The notes under the pieces were generated by a model that was not told the DNA's origin, made no database searches, and worked only from the letters and a program-made list of their open reading frames with translations. From an uncultured archaeon (GTDB lineage Archaea > Iainarchaeota > Iainarchaeia > Iainarchaeales > DTGL01): a stretch of DNA of 37,346 nucleotides. The position numbers were made by a program, and so were the translations under genes. How positions within the stretch are numbered: the first letter of the stretch is position 1; each line of letters starts with the position of its first letter. Shown here piece by piece: positions 26,629 through 35,888 of this stretch. The stretch spans positions 1 through 37,346 of the forward strand of contig CAZKED010000010.1 of assembly GCA_964551725.1 (NCBI GenBank), in the 5' to 3' direction.

Positions 26629-26712
26629 GCACGGGTACCCAAGCGGCCAAAGGGGCTAGGCCTAGGACCTAGTGGCTGAGTGCCTTCCCAGGTTCGAATC
26701 CTGGCCCGTGCA
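26629..26712 (+). tRNA. tRNA-Leu (anticodon TAG), no encoded CCA
   Basis: Acceptor GCACGGG/CCCGTGC + A; anticodon stem CTAGG/CCTAG with loop CCTAGGA; long variable arm; T-arm CCAGG-TTCGAAT-CCTGG. Confidence 0.92.
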
Positions 26713-26736
26713 CTGCCGTGTTGGGGGCGCTGGAAA

Positions 26737-28461
26737 TCATGTGCCTTTTTCTTCCTTGGTTTTTTCTCTTAAGTAATTGAGGAACTCGTCTTCTAGGTTG
26801 GATATCTTGCACGTCTGCCCGGTTTCAAGGAAATCTGCTAGGTGTTTCAGCAGGATATTGGAGCCAACGACTTCCGGTAGCAACACGTAATCCGCTCCGT
26901 TTTTATACAGGTCCAATGCGTTGCTGAAATTTCCAGCCCTGGCGATTGCCACTATTGCGGGATTTGCTTTTTTTGCTTTCCGCATTAGTGCAGTGGCTTC
27001 TTTTGTTTCCGAGATTGTCGAAATCAAAACCCTCGCCTTTGCGAGCCCGATTTTTTCCCACACCTCTTGGTTGGCCGCCTCGCCGTAGACAACCGGCACT
27101 TTCTCAGCTAGCAGCCTCTGAACCACCTCCGAGTCGTGGTCTACTACCACCAAGGGCTGTGTTCCTTTAAGGGCTGAGACCAGCTGCTGGCCGAGCAGGC
27201 CCGCCCCCATGACAATGGTGTGCCCCTCGCACGACTGCCCAGGCAGGCACTCCAGTTTTCTTTCCTTTTTTCCGAGTTTTGCCTTATAGCTTAGGGGAAA
27301 AAACGGCCTGCTGATTCTGCTTAAAAGAGAGTAAATGGTGTCGCTGCGCTCCATCAAATAGGGCGTCGAAGCCATTGAAGCGGTTATTGCCAGAATGCTC
27401 GCGGAGAATAATTCGGGGGAGATTTGGCCCAGCCTGAGGCCCTGGTTTGCCAAGATGAAGGAAAACTCGCTCGCCTGCCCAAGCGCAAGACCAACAAAAA
27501 GGGCGCTCTTGGTTTTTAGGCCAGACGCCAGCGAGATTGTGAAATACACCAGCGGGTTGATGAAATAGAGAGCCAAGAACATCAACAGCAGGACTGCTAT
27601 TGGAAGCCCTGCAAAAGCAAAGCCAACCTGCATTCCGAGAGAGACAAAGAAGACCGTGGCGAAAAAGTCCCTCAAACCCCTTATCTTGCCTGATGCCTCA
27701 AAGCTGTAAGGCATTGCCGAAAGCGTCAAGCCGCCTATGAATGCACCAACCACAATGGAAAAATTCAGGAGGTTTGAGAGGTAGATAAACCCAAAACAGC
27801 AGGAAACGAGAATCAGATAAAAAAGCTCTGTTGGCTCGCTGAAACGCTTCAACAATTTTGGCAGGATAACCCTGTTTAGGGGGATGGCGAAAAAGGCCAG
27901 AATGAAAATGCCGAGCAAGAAACTGCCTGCCAAGGGGACGGAAAACAGCAGTATCGGCTCGGCAAGGATGGGCAACAGCAGGATTGCCAGGGTGTCCTGC
28001 ACCAAAGCAAAGCCAATGATAAGCCGGCCGTGCAGCGTGCTGACCAGGTTCATGTTTGAAAGCTGCTTGACAACGATTGCCGTGCTGCTGAAAGCCAGGA
28101 TCAGACCAATGTACACTGACTCAATAAAACCGAAGCCGGCAAACTGCATTAAAGCAAGGGCAATGCAAGTTGTGGCTGCAACTTGGGCTAACGATCCAAT
28201 TACTATAGTCTTTTTCAATTTGAAGAGCTGTCCGAAATTTGACTGGATGCCTACGACAAAAAGCAAAAAAGCCACGCCCAACTCGGCGAGAGTGCCTATT
28301 TCCGCCCTGCTGGTTATCAGGGCAAGCCCGACTGGTCCGATAATCACGCCTGCGGCGATGTATGCGAGGAGCAGCGGCTGCTTTAAAATCTTGGCAATGC
28401 ACCCGAGAAGGGTGCCGAAAACCAAAACAAGCCCCAAATCCATCAACAGAGTCAAATCCAC
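26737..28461 (-). CDS. CPA2 / Kef-type K+:H+ antiporter with C-terminal TrkA-N (KTN) domain
   Basis: AELGVAFLLF.VG, SSTAIV, VQD, FFVSLG, QASEFSFI; KTN MGAG.LG and GADYV. Confidence 0.92.
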   Translation of the reverse strand: MDLTLLMDLGLVLVFGTLLGCIAKILKQPLLLAYIAAGVIIGPVGLALITSRAEIGTLAELGVAFLLFVVGIQSNFGQLFKLKKTIVIGSLAQVAATTCIALALMQFAGFGFIESVYIGLILAFSSTAIVVKQLSNMNLVSTLHGRLIIGFALVQDTLAILLLPILAEPILLFSVPLAGSFLLGIFILAFFAIPLNRVILPKLLKRFSEPTELFYLILVSCCFGFIYLSNLLNFSIVVGAFIGGLTLSAMPYSFEASGKIRGLRDFFATVFFVSLGMQVGFAFAGLPIAVLLLMFLALYFINPLVYFTISLASGLKTKSALFVGLALGQASEFSFILANQGLRLGQISPELFSASILAITASMASTPYLMERSDTIYSLLSRISRPFFPLSYKAKLGKKERKLECLPGQSCEGHTIVMGAGLLGQQLVSALKGTQPLVVVDHDSEVVQRLLAEKVPVVYGEAANQEVWEKIGLAKARVLISTISETKEATALMRKAKKANPAIVAIARAGNFSNALDLYKNGADYVLLPEVVGSNILLKHLADFLETGQTCKISNLEDEFLNYLREKTKEEKGT

Positions 28462-28506
28462 TCAAACCACTGCCGCATATTCGGAATAATATTAACACCA
28501 AACCTC

Positions 28507-28544
28507 TATTTAAATATTGTTCAATTGAACAACCATGAAACCAT
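28507..28544. promoter_or_regulatory. TATA box plus palindromic operator TTGTTCAATTGAACAA (copy 1, upstream of kef)
   Basis: TATTTAAATA followed by a perfect 16-bp palindrome at 28517-28532. Confidence 0.6.
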
Positions 28545-28651
28545 AAAAAAACTGGAAAAAAAGCTTTAATCTCAAACCCCTAAAACCAAAGCAGAATGGG
28601 GCAATGCATTTGCAGCAAAAAAAATCGTTCGCTGGGGCAAGGCAACTTTTC

Positions 28652-28921
28652 CTAAATTTCTTTCGTCACTTCATCGTAAGCCTTGAAAAGCTTTTTGAGC
28701 TTTTTTATTTTGAGAGAGTAGAATCTTTCCGGCGGCTCGTACTTTTGCTCTATTAGTCCTAGATCGTACAGGAGCTTTAGATGCCGTGAAGCCAGCGATT
28801 CGCTTATGCCCAATTTCTCTGAGATTTCATGCACAGATGCAGAGCGCTGACCACACAGTATTTTCAGTATTTTTCGCCTCGACCTTGCCCTAATTGCTCT
28901 CGCAAGCTTTTCGTCAGACAT
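28652..28921 (-). CDS. ArsR/SmtB-family HTH regulator
   Basis: R.KILK.L...SVHEISEKLGISESLASRHLKLL..LGLI...RFYSL. ATG 28921. Confidence 0.88.
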   Translation of the reverse strand: MSDEKLARAIRARSRRKILKILCGQRSASVHEISEKLGISESLASRHLKLLYDLGLIEQKYEPPERFYSLKIKKLKKLFKAYDEVTKEI

Positions 28922-29020
28922 AATTTTCCCAAAAAAAAAGGGGGGATATTCTTTAAAGCGTTGCCAACGGGAAAATGCGACGCCATCAGGCCTTGCCGTG
29001 CGGTACGCCTTCGGCAAGAT

Positions 29021-29058
29021 TATTTAAATATTTCGCAGTTGAACAATAACGAAACTAT
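29021..29058. promoter_or_regulatory. TATA box plus degenerate operator (copy 2, between arsR and the CBS gene)
   Basis: 30/38 identical to 28507-28544 by hand alignment. Confidence 0.55.
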
Positions 29059-29088
29059 GGAAAGTGGTGATCCGGGGAGGTGATTGGG

Positions 29089-29517
29089 TTGAAGGTAAAG
29101 GATGCGTATGAGAAGCTGTCGCCCCATACCGACAAAGTCCAAGTGGACGATTCAATCGAAAGGGTTTTCGAGGTCTTGTTAAGGAACAAGTCAACGAGAA
29201 CAGTGTTTGTGGTGGACGAAAGGGGTTACCTGAGGGGCGTGATAACACTGCAAGAAATATTCAATCTGCTTGAGGAAAGCACCCCAAAAAAACTGCTTTT
29301 TTTCCTGAAACAGCAAAAAAAGGACTGCGCTGGGGACATAATGGTCAAGCCGACGATTGTCAAATTGGAGGACACTCTCGAGGACGCTTTGATAGTGGCC
29401 AAAAACTGCGGCTTGCAGGACATCCCCGTATGCAAGGACGGAAAACTTGTCGGAGAACTGGACTGCTTCGAATTAATCTACGGACTGATTAAGACGAACC
29501 AGCGCGCTGGCAAATAA
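29089..29517 (+). CDS. Tandem CBS-domain protein
   Basis: VVDERG.L.GVIT, DIM..P, IPV.KDGKLVG. TTG 29089 after GGAGGTGA. Confidence 0.88.
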   Translation: MKVKDAYEKLSPHTDKVQVDDSIERVFEVLLRNKSTRTVFVVDERGYLRGVITLQEIFNLLEESTPKKLLFFLKQQKKDCAGDIMVKPTIVKLEDTLEDALIVAKNCGLQDIPVCKDGKLVGELDCFELIYGLIKTNQRAGK

Positions 29518-29650
29518 CACGAACTAAGGGACGGCAACTGCAGGAACGCAGTCAATTGAAAGCCTTTCAGCGCTTTCGGGCTGCAAAGCCTGAAAAGCGG
29601 AAGGGAAAAAACCCCAACCTATAAATACAACTTGTGCTTTTCTTCTTACC

Positions 29651-30838
29651 ATGAAGCGGGCTTTGAAGAAATACAGGCGGGTTGTCGGCGACGAAACCGT
29701 GGACCGGATTCTGCAAGAAGCCGCGCCGCTTAAAGGCAGGCACATAGTACACATAAACTCAACGCATTACGGCGGCGGCGTTGCGGAAATGTTAAACTCG
29801 CTAGTTCCATTGATGAATGATATTGGCATCAACGCCGGCTGGCGCGTGATGAAAGGAACACCGGAATTCTTTTTCGTGACAAAGAAGTTCCACAACGCAC
29901 TCCAAGGCGAGCGCATCGACCCCAAGTTCTCAAGGAAACGCGTTTACCTCCAAGTCAACAAGACATTTGCAAAAATTTCGCACTTGGAAAAGCACTCATG
30001 CGTAATAGTGCACGACGTGCAACCACTGCCGTTCATCAACTTTGAAAAAAAGAAACAGCAGTGGGTGTGGAGGTGCCATATAGATTTGAGCAATCCAGAC
30101 CCGCACACCTATAACTACCTGAAGAGGTTTATAGCCAAATACGACGCCGCCATAATCTCGAACGAAAAATTCCACCACCCCAAGAACCGCTGCTTTATTA
30201 TACATCCCTCCATCGACCCCCTGACCCCAAAAAACAAGGAAATGAAGGAAAAGACAATCAAAAGAATTCTTTCAAGGCGCGGCATCGACCTGGACAAGCC
30301 GCTCGTAACGCAGGTCTCGCGCTTCGACAAGTGGAAAGACCCTGCGGGAGTGCTCCACGGTTACAAAAATGTTAAGAAGAAGTGCGACTGCCGTCTGGTA
30401 TTGCTTGGGAGCATGGCAGACGATGACCCGGAGGGACCGGAAATATTCAAGCAGGTGAACGAGGAATCCAAGAGAATGAAGGACGTGATTGTGCTAGCAG
30501 AATACAACGATTATTTGGTGAATGCGCTCCAGCGCGCCTCAAGCGTGATAGTGCAGAAATCGCTCAAGGAGGGGTTCGGGCTCACTGTTAGCGAGGCGCT
30601 GTGGAAGGACACAGCCGTCATAGGCTCGAACGCCGGCGGAATTCCGCTGCAGATAGTCGACGGAAAGACTGGCTTTATTGTGAAAAGCCAGCGCTCGTAT
30701 GAAAAGAAACTGCATTGGCTTCTCAAAAACCCAAAGGAAGCCGAAGAGATGGGCATGCGGGGACACGAGTTCGTGAAGGACAATTTCCTTATCACAAGGC
30801 ACCTGCTGGACTATATAAGCATGCTTAAAAAAATGTGA
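29651..30838 (+). CDS. treT: Trehalose glycosyltransferring synthase TreT (GT4)
   Basis: HINST.YGGGVAEML, TKKFHNALQG, WRCHIDLS, PSIDPL, QVSRFDKWKDP, EGFGLTVSEALWK. Confidence 0.88.
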   Translation: MKRALKKYRRVVGDETVDRILQEAAPLKGRHIVHINSTHYGGGVAEMLNSLVPLMNDIGINAGWRVMKGTPEFFFVTKKFHNALQGERIDPKFSRKRVYLQVNKTFAKISHLEKHSCVIVHDVQPLPFINFEKKKQQWVWRCHIDLSNPDPHTYNYLKRFIAKYDAAIISNEKFHHPKNRCFIIHPSIDPLTPKNKEMKEKTIKRILSRRGIDLDKPLVTQVSRFDKWKDPAGVLHGYKNVKKKCDCRLVLLGSMADDDPEGPEIFKQVNEESKRMKDVIVLAEYNDYLVNALQRASSVIVQKSLKEGFGLTVSEALWKDTAVIGSNAGGIPLQIVDGKTGFIVKSQRSYEKKLHWLLKNPKEAEEMGMRGHEFVKDNFLITRHLLDYISMLKKM

Positions 30839-30844
30839 AAAAAA

Positions 30845-32800
30845 TCATCCTTTTAGCTTTTCCACGATTTCAATCACGCCGCGCGCGGATTCGTGCTCTG
30901 TCACTTGGTCGGCGAGCGCCTTAAGCTTGGGAACGGCGTTCGCGACAGCAACCCTGAAACCAGGAACATTGAACAAGTCGATATCGTTCTCTCCATCGCC
31001 GACTACAATCGTTCTCTTGGGGTTGAGGCCCATTTTGTGCAATGCGAGAAGAACGCCCTTTCCCTTGTCAATGCCCTTCGGTGTAAGCATTACCCTGTCA
31101 ATGTTTCTCACAAACTTCAAGCCTTTCATGCTTTTCAGCGCTTTTTTTATTTCCGTTTCCATTCCCGCTGGCGCGTGCACGACAACAGAGCCAATAGGGA
31201 GTTCCGGGAATTTTTCCCTTATTTCCTCTCTCGCCCTGCGCATTGCATCGTTTTCAGTTCTTACTGTTTCCTTGTACTTGGGGAAGTAAACCACCGAACC
31301 GTTCTCGGCAACAGCCGCGCTGAAACCCGCGTTTTTCCTAGTGAACTCGCGCATGAAATCAATGTTCCTGCCGGATGCGACAATAAGAGGCTTCTTAAGC
31401 GATTTTAGTTCCTTGAATGCCTTCCTGTTAATCTTGCCGGGCCTTTTTGTAAGCGTGCGGTCAAAGTCAAGGACGAGCGCCTGGACATCCTCGAGTTTAA
31501 GCATTCCGAGATCCCACCTTGGCCCCTTTTCCTGCAGTAATTCGCCGTAGAGCTTTATGTGTTTTGTGATGCCAATGCCGGTCTTGAACTTCCTGTCCAC
31601 AATTTTCCTTGATTCCTTGCCCATTTTCTCTGCCAGTTTCTCGTTCTGGAGGATTCTTAAAAGAGCCTTTGCTGTTTCCTTTGCATCCCCGACCTTTACC
31701 AGCAAGCCGTTCTTTCCGTGCTCTACCTGCAGTTTTATTCCAGTCGTCCTGTTTCCCACAATGGGCTTTCCGCACGCCATTCCTTCCGTTACCGCAAGAC
31801 CAAAGCCCTCCTCCCTCGAGGTCAGGGCAACAATGTCGGCACAGGCATAAACCTCGGGCATTTTTCCATAATCAACGTTTCCGAGGAAAATTACCTTCCT
31901 TGAAAGCCCCAGCTTTTTAATTAGGTCTTTTACCTTTTTAACATACTTCTGCCTTGAACTCGAAATCTTGCTGCTCAGCGATTCCCCGCCGACGAACACA
32001 AGCCTCGCCCTTGGTTCCTTCTTAAGGACATGCGGCATTGCATTCACAAGCTGGATGTGCCCTGATTTTGGGTCAATCCTCTGCACGCAAAGCACAATCT
32101 TTTTGTCCAATGGAATCCCGTATTTCCTCCTGAATTTCTTCCCGCCCTTCAGCGGTCTGAAAAGGCGCGTATTTGTGAGCGGGTATATGAGCTCTGCCTT
32201 TTTCCTTGGAAAGCCGAGAGATACAGCTGCATCGATGTATTCCCTGCTTGAAAAAATCACCTTGTCGAATTCCTTCATGTGCGAAATAAGGAATTCGCTC
32301 AAGTGCCCTGACATATTTTTGCTGAACGGAATGTGCCAAGTGAAAACCAGGGGAATGCCGCGGGGAATGTACTTGTAGAGGAAGAGAAGCTGGAAGTCGT
32401 GAATGTGCACTATCTGAGCGGGATGGTCAGAGAACAGTTCAACCAACTGCTTGCCGATTACCTCGTTTACATTGCAGTACTCGTCGAAGCCCGGCATCTC
32501 CTCTGCCTCGCTTTCGAAACACTTTGCTCCCCCATGGCATTCCTTATAGACGCATTCCTTGAAGCGCGAATACTTTTCCAGCAATTCCCTGTCCAGCGGC
32601 TCCCTCGGAACCCTGTAAACATTAATTCCCTTTATTGTCTCCTCGCTCTCGCCGAACGGCGGCCTGAGGTGCACTTCCATAACATCATGGCCATGCTCCT
32701 TGAGACCGAGTGCCAAGTTCATCAAATAAGTTGAAACCCCTCCTATCAGGGGATAAAAAGACTGGCTTGCAAATAAAACCTTCAATTTTCCGACCTCCAA
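30845..32800 (-). CDS. GT4 glycosyltransferase fused to a C-terminal HAD (Cof/IIB) phosphatase
   Basis: GGV, HIHDFQ, RIDPKSG, EGFGLAVTEGMACG; HAD motifs DFDRT, ASGR, AENG, DKG, GDGEND. Confidence 0.9.
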   Translation of the reverse strand: MEVGKLKVLFASQSFYPLIGGVSTYLMNLALGLKEHGHDVMEVHLRPPFGESEETIKGINVYRVPREPLDRELLEKYSRFKECVYKECHGGAKCFESEAEEMPGFDEYCNVNEVIGKQLVELFSDHPAQIVHIHDFQLLFLYKYIPRGIPLVFTWHIPFSKNMSGHLSEFLISHMKEFDKVIFSSREYIDAAVSLGFPRKKAELIYPLTNTRLFRPLKGGKKFRRKYGIPLDKKIVLCVQRIDPKSGHIQLVNAMPHVLKKEPRARLVFVGGESLSSKISSSRQKYVKKVKDLIKKLGLSRKVIFLGNVDYGKMPEVYACADIVALTSREEGFGLAVTEGMACGKPIVGNRTTGIKLQVEHGKNGLLVKVGDAKETAKALLRILQNEKLAEKMGKESRKIVDRKFKTGIGITKHIKLYGELLQEKGPRWDLGMLKLEDVQALVLDFDRTLTKRPGKINRKAFKELKSLKKPLIVASGRNIDFMREFTRKNAGFSAAVAENGSVVYFPKYKETVRTENDAMRRAREEIREKFPELPIGSVVVHAPAGMETEIKKALKSMKGLKFVRNIDRVMLTPKGIDKGKGVLLALHKMGLNPKRTIVVGDGENDIDLFNVPGFRVAVANAVPKLKALADQVTEHESARGVIEIVEKLKG

Positions 32801-32881
32801 TTAAAGCACAAAAAACGAAAATCCTTTTATTGCTTCCCAAAAAGGGAAAAATTTAAATTCCCGTAAGGCGTTCTTTTTAAC

Positions 32882-33121
32882 ATGCTTGAAAGCTTTGCCG
32901 AACTCAAAGCCCATCACAGGGTGCTTTTTGCCGTAATAATAGCATTCGCCATGATTTCATTCTGGCGCGGCACCTGGGGGCTTATGGACACCTACCTGTT
33001 TCCGGGAAACCCTGTGCTGAGCTACGGGACGAGCGCGGCAACAGGGCTCATAATCCTCGCCCTGACCGGCTATATTACAAGGGCATGGGGGGTAAAAACT
33101 ATTCCACCCAAAGGTGCTTGA
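32882..33121 (+). CDS. Small membrane protein with WRG.WGL.D.YLFP motif
   Basis: TTTAAA box upstream and two hydrophobic helices; 3' end overlaps the ALDH gene by 23 nt. Confidence 0.75.
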   Translation: MLESFAELKAHHRVLFAVIIAFAMISFWRGTWGLMDTYLFPGNPVLSYGTSAATGLIILALTGYITRAWGVKTIPPKGA

Positions 33122-34469
33122 CTTCGGTGTAATTACGCACGGAATCAGGACCCATCTGCCTTCCAATGCCGGACTGCTTGGCGCCGCCCCAGGGACAGCC
33201 CTCTTTAACTCCGCCCCGCCTGTTAACTGTAACCGTGCCGGCAACAAGCCTTCTCGCAACCTGCTTTCCCTTCTCGCGGTCCTCGGTCCAGACGCTTGCG
33301 GTAAGACCGTAAATGGAATCATTGCTCAGCGAAACCGCTTCATCTACGCTTGAAACCTTCATCACCGGCAGCACTGGTCCGAACGTTTCCTCCGTCATCA
33401 ACTTCATTTTATGATTAACATTCACGACCAATGTCGGCGGAAACCAGAATCCCTTCCTTTTGGGGGCGTTGCCGCCGACAAGAACTTCCGCGCCCTTTTC
33501 CACCGCATCCCCCAAATGCTCCCTGACAACGCGGCGCTGGAATTCCCCGACAAGGGGACCGATATAGGAATCCTTTTCAGAACCGAATTTAACGGCACGC
33601 GTTTCCTTTTCCGCGAGCTTGACGAATTCATCGTACACATCCTCAACAACATACGCCCTTTCAATTGAACAGCACACCTGACCGCAGTTGCGCATTGCAC
33701 CGTGCACTATTCCCTTCGCAGTCTTCCCCAGGTCGGCATCGCTGCACACAATTGCAGGATCCTTTCCGCCCAATTCCAGCACCAAGCGGTGCAACTTCTC
33801 CGCCGAGTCACGCATTATTTCCACGCCCGCCCTGCGCGAGCCCACAAATGAAACCATGTCAATGTCCTGCTTAACCAGAAACCTGCCCTGTTCCTTCCCG
33901 CCGGCGACAAAATTGAACACGTGCTCCGGCAAGCCCTTTTTCTCGAGTTCCCTGAAAATTTTCTTCACTTCCATGCCAACCAACATTGTCTGCTCGCTCG
34001 GCTTCAAAACAACGGTGCTGCCTGAAATGAGCGCAGGGAGAATGCCGTCGAAAGGAATGGCGAAGGGAAAATTCCAAGGGGTAATAACCGCTATCACGCC
34101 GAGGGGCTCGAACACCTGAAGGTTTTCTTTTTCGCCGGCGCGCGAGAGCACTACCGGCTCGAGGTATTTTGAATCGTTATCGCAGTGGAAATCAATCGAT
34201 TCAATAACAGATTCAACCTCGCTCAAAGCAGACCATTCCGGTTTTCCCATTTCTCTGTGGACAACACGGGCGATTTCCTTTGCCCGCGCTCTCACAAGCG
34301 GCTTTAGTTCGCGGAGCAGGGAAACGCGCTCTTCAACCGGTTTTGCCGACCACCCGGCGAACGCGGCGCGGGCGTTTTCCACCGCTCCAACAATTTCCTT
34401 TTCCGTGAAAACCGGGATTTTTCCGAGCACGCTTTCGTCCAGCGGACTGACCGAAACGATTTCCTCCAT
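33099..34469 (-). CDS. NAD(P)-dependent aldehyde dehydrogenase (substrate unknown)
   Basis: [47 protein letters not shown] 34469. Confidence 0.92.
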   Translation of the reverse strand: MEEIVSVSPLDESVLGKIPVFTEKEIVGAVENARAAFAGWSAKPVEERVSLLRELKPLVRARAKEIARVVHREMGKPEWSALSEVESVIESIDFHCDNDSKYLEPVVLSRAGEKENLQVFEPLGVIAVITPWNFPFAIPFDGILPALISGSTVVLKPSEQTMLVGMEVKKIFRELEKKGLPEHVFNFVAGGKEQGRFLVKQDIDMVSFVGSRRAGVEIMRDSAEKLHRLVLELGGKDPAIVCSDADLGKTAKGIVHGAMRNCGQVCCSIERAYVVEDVYDEFVKLAEKETRAVKFGSEKDSYIGPLVGEFQRRVVREHLGDAVEKGAEVLVGGNAPKRKGFWFPPTLVVNVNHKMKLMTEETFGPVLPVMKVSSVDEAVSLSNDSIYGLTASVWTEDREKGKQVARRLVAGTVTVNRRGGVKEGCPWGGAKQSGIGRQMGPDSVRNYTEVKHLWVE

Positions 34470-34530
34470 GAAAGCATTAGGGAAAATTAACCTTTTATTG
34501 GTTTCCGATTTCCACTTTCTAAGTGATTCA

Positions 34531-34719
34531 ATGGAATGCAAAATTGAACAAAACCTCAAAGAATGCAACTGCACTTATCCCTGCGATAAAAAGGGCAAAT
34601 GCTGCGAGTGCATTGCCTACCACCGGAAAAGGGGAGAACTGCCTGCCTGCTATTTTTCAAAGGAAGAGGAAAAAACATACGACAGGAGCATTGAAAACTT
34701 TGTACGGCTGAACAAATAA
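34531..34719 (+). CDS. DUF6485-like small Cys-rich protein
   Basis: CNCTYPC..KG.CCEC..YH....ELPACYF...E.TYDRS. Confidence 0.75.
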   Translation: MECKIEQNLKECNCTYPCDKKGKCCECIAYHRKRGELPACYFSKEEEKTYDRSIENFVRLNK

Positions 34720-34720
34720 A

Positions 34721-35836
34721 TCAGAGCAGGCCGGAAAACATCGCAATGCCCAAAAGCACGAGAACAATGCCGGCAATCATGTGCATGTATTTCATGTTGC
34801 GGTGCTGCCACTCGTCAACGTTCTCAACAGCGGAAAGCCCCGCATACACCAGAAGCGTTACTGAAACCATGGGAACAATGAAAATTGAATCGTAAAACAA
34901 AAGCCAGGCAAGCGCGGCACTCCACGGAATCCCTGAGAGAATTCCGCCGGCGACAAGGTAGGGACCGGCACTGCAGGGCAAAAGGAAAAGACTGACAAAA
35001 AGCCCTATTACAACAGCGCCCTTCGCGCTCAGCGTTCCTTCAACAAGTTTCGCCCAGTAGGGCTTCCATTTTTCCGGCAGATTGAGCACAGGACAGGTCT
35101 TGGGGTCGCGGAAGAAATTCCTCACCTCCACGAGCCCGAGGGCAACCGCCAACAAAGCAATCAGCCTGTAAATCCACAAAGTGTCAAGCTGCGTAACCGC
35201 GAGCGCCGATTTAAAACCGAAAATAATGAGCGCGCCCGTCAGAAAATATGCGAAAAAAACCGCTGCCGAGAAAAAAAGCCCCGCAAGCAACGCCTTCCCC
35301 TTTTTGTCCGGGAATCTCACGAGTATAGCAGTGAGGAGGACTGCCAGCACTGCAAGTGAACAGGGATTCACGGAATCGACAGCGGCAAGGACAGCCATTT
35401 CAAAAACGCTTATTTTTTCTCCGGACGCGGGAGACGGCGAAGGAGAGGGCGAGACAGCCGGCAGCCCGGCAATGTATTCAAGCACTTTTCCCTCTATCTC
35501 GGAAGCGCACACCAGCGGCTGGTCGCAGTAGTAGTCAAGGAAAAGAACCTTGGGAACCAGGCCAATTTTTTCAAACGGAACGCCGAAAGACTGCTGGACC
35601 TCGAGCGCCCTGCCCGGCTGCTTTGTTGCCTCAATCCATTCAACCGAAACTCTTTCGGAATAATTCTGCTCAATTTTTTGAATTGCCGGTTCGACATAAG
35701 AGCAGCCCCCGCATCTCTCCGAATAAATAAAGTAAAGCACTGGCTTTTTGCTTTCCGCGCTTTCAGCCGCGGCACTGGAAAAAAGAAGCAAGCAGAAAAG
35801 CAATGCCGAAATTGCCGCAGCCCTCACTGAAACCAC
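34721..35836 (-). CDS. Thioredoxin-like CxxC domain fused to a CcdA/DsbD-type transmembrane domain
   Basis: Signal peptide, YSERCGGC, short PS linker, membrane Cys pair DSVNPC and LPCSAGPY. Confidence 0.82.
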   Translation of the reverse strand: MVSVRAAAISALLFCLLLFSSAAAESAESKKPVLYFIYSERCGGCSYVEPAIQKIEQNYSERVSVEWIEATKQPGRALEVQQSFGVPFEKIGLVPKVLFLDYYCDQPLVCASEIEGKVLEYIAGLPAVSPSPSPSPASGEKISVFEMAVLAAVDSVNPCSLAVLAVLLTAILVRFPDKKGKALLAGLFFSAAVFFAYFLTGALIIFGFKSALAVTQLDTLWIYRLIALLAVALGLVEVRNFFRDPKTCPVLNLPEKWKPYWAKLVEGTLSAKGAVVIGLFVSLFLLPCSAGPYLVAGGILSGIPWSAALAWLLFYDSIFIVPMVSVTLLVYAGLSAVENVDEWQHRNMKYMHMIAGIVLVLLGIAMFSGLL

Positions 35837-35888
35837 TCAAAATAAATAAAGGGAAGGAAATAAAAAAGCAAATGAAAAGGTAAGCCGG

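Noticed and set aside
26656-26672. Amber-suppressor (CTA) reading of the tRNA anticodon
   Set aside because: The 5-bp stem CTAGG/CCTAG centres TAG in a 7-nt loop; the long variable arm and A discriminator fit Leu.
29571-29599. Imperfect hairpin with GCAA loop between the CBS gene and treT (and a hairpin near 28992-29018) as riboswitch/ncRNA
   Set aside because: Single short stems with no recognisable riboswitch consensus; at most terminator-like.
26629-32800. Genomic island integrated at tRNA-Leu
   Set aside because: No integrase and no duplicated tRNA 3' end (att site) was found in the window; horizontal origin is possible but unsupported.
33099-34469. Calling the ALDH betaine-aldehyde dehydrogenase because of the osmolyte context
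   Set aside because: Substrate cannot be assigned from the motifs, and no choline dehydrogenase or transporter is nearby.
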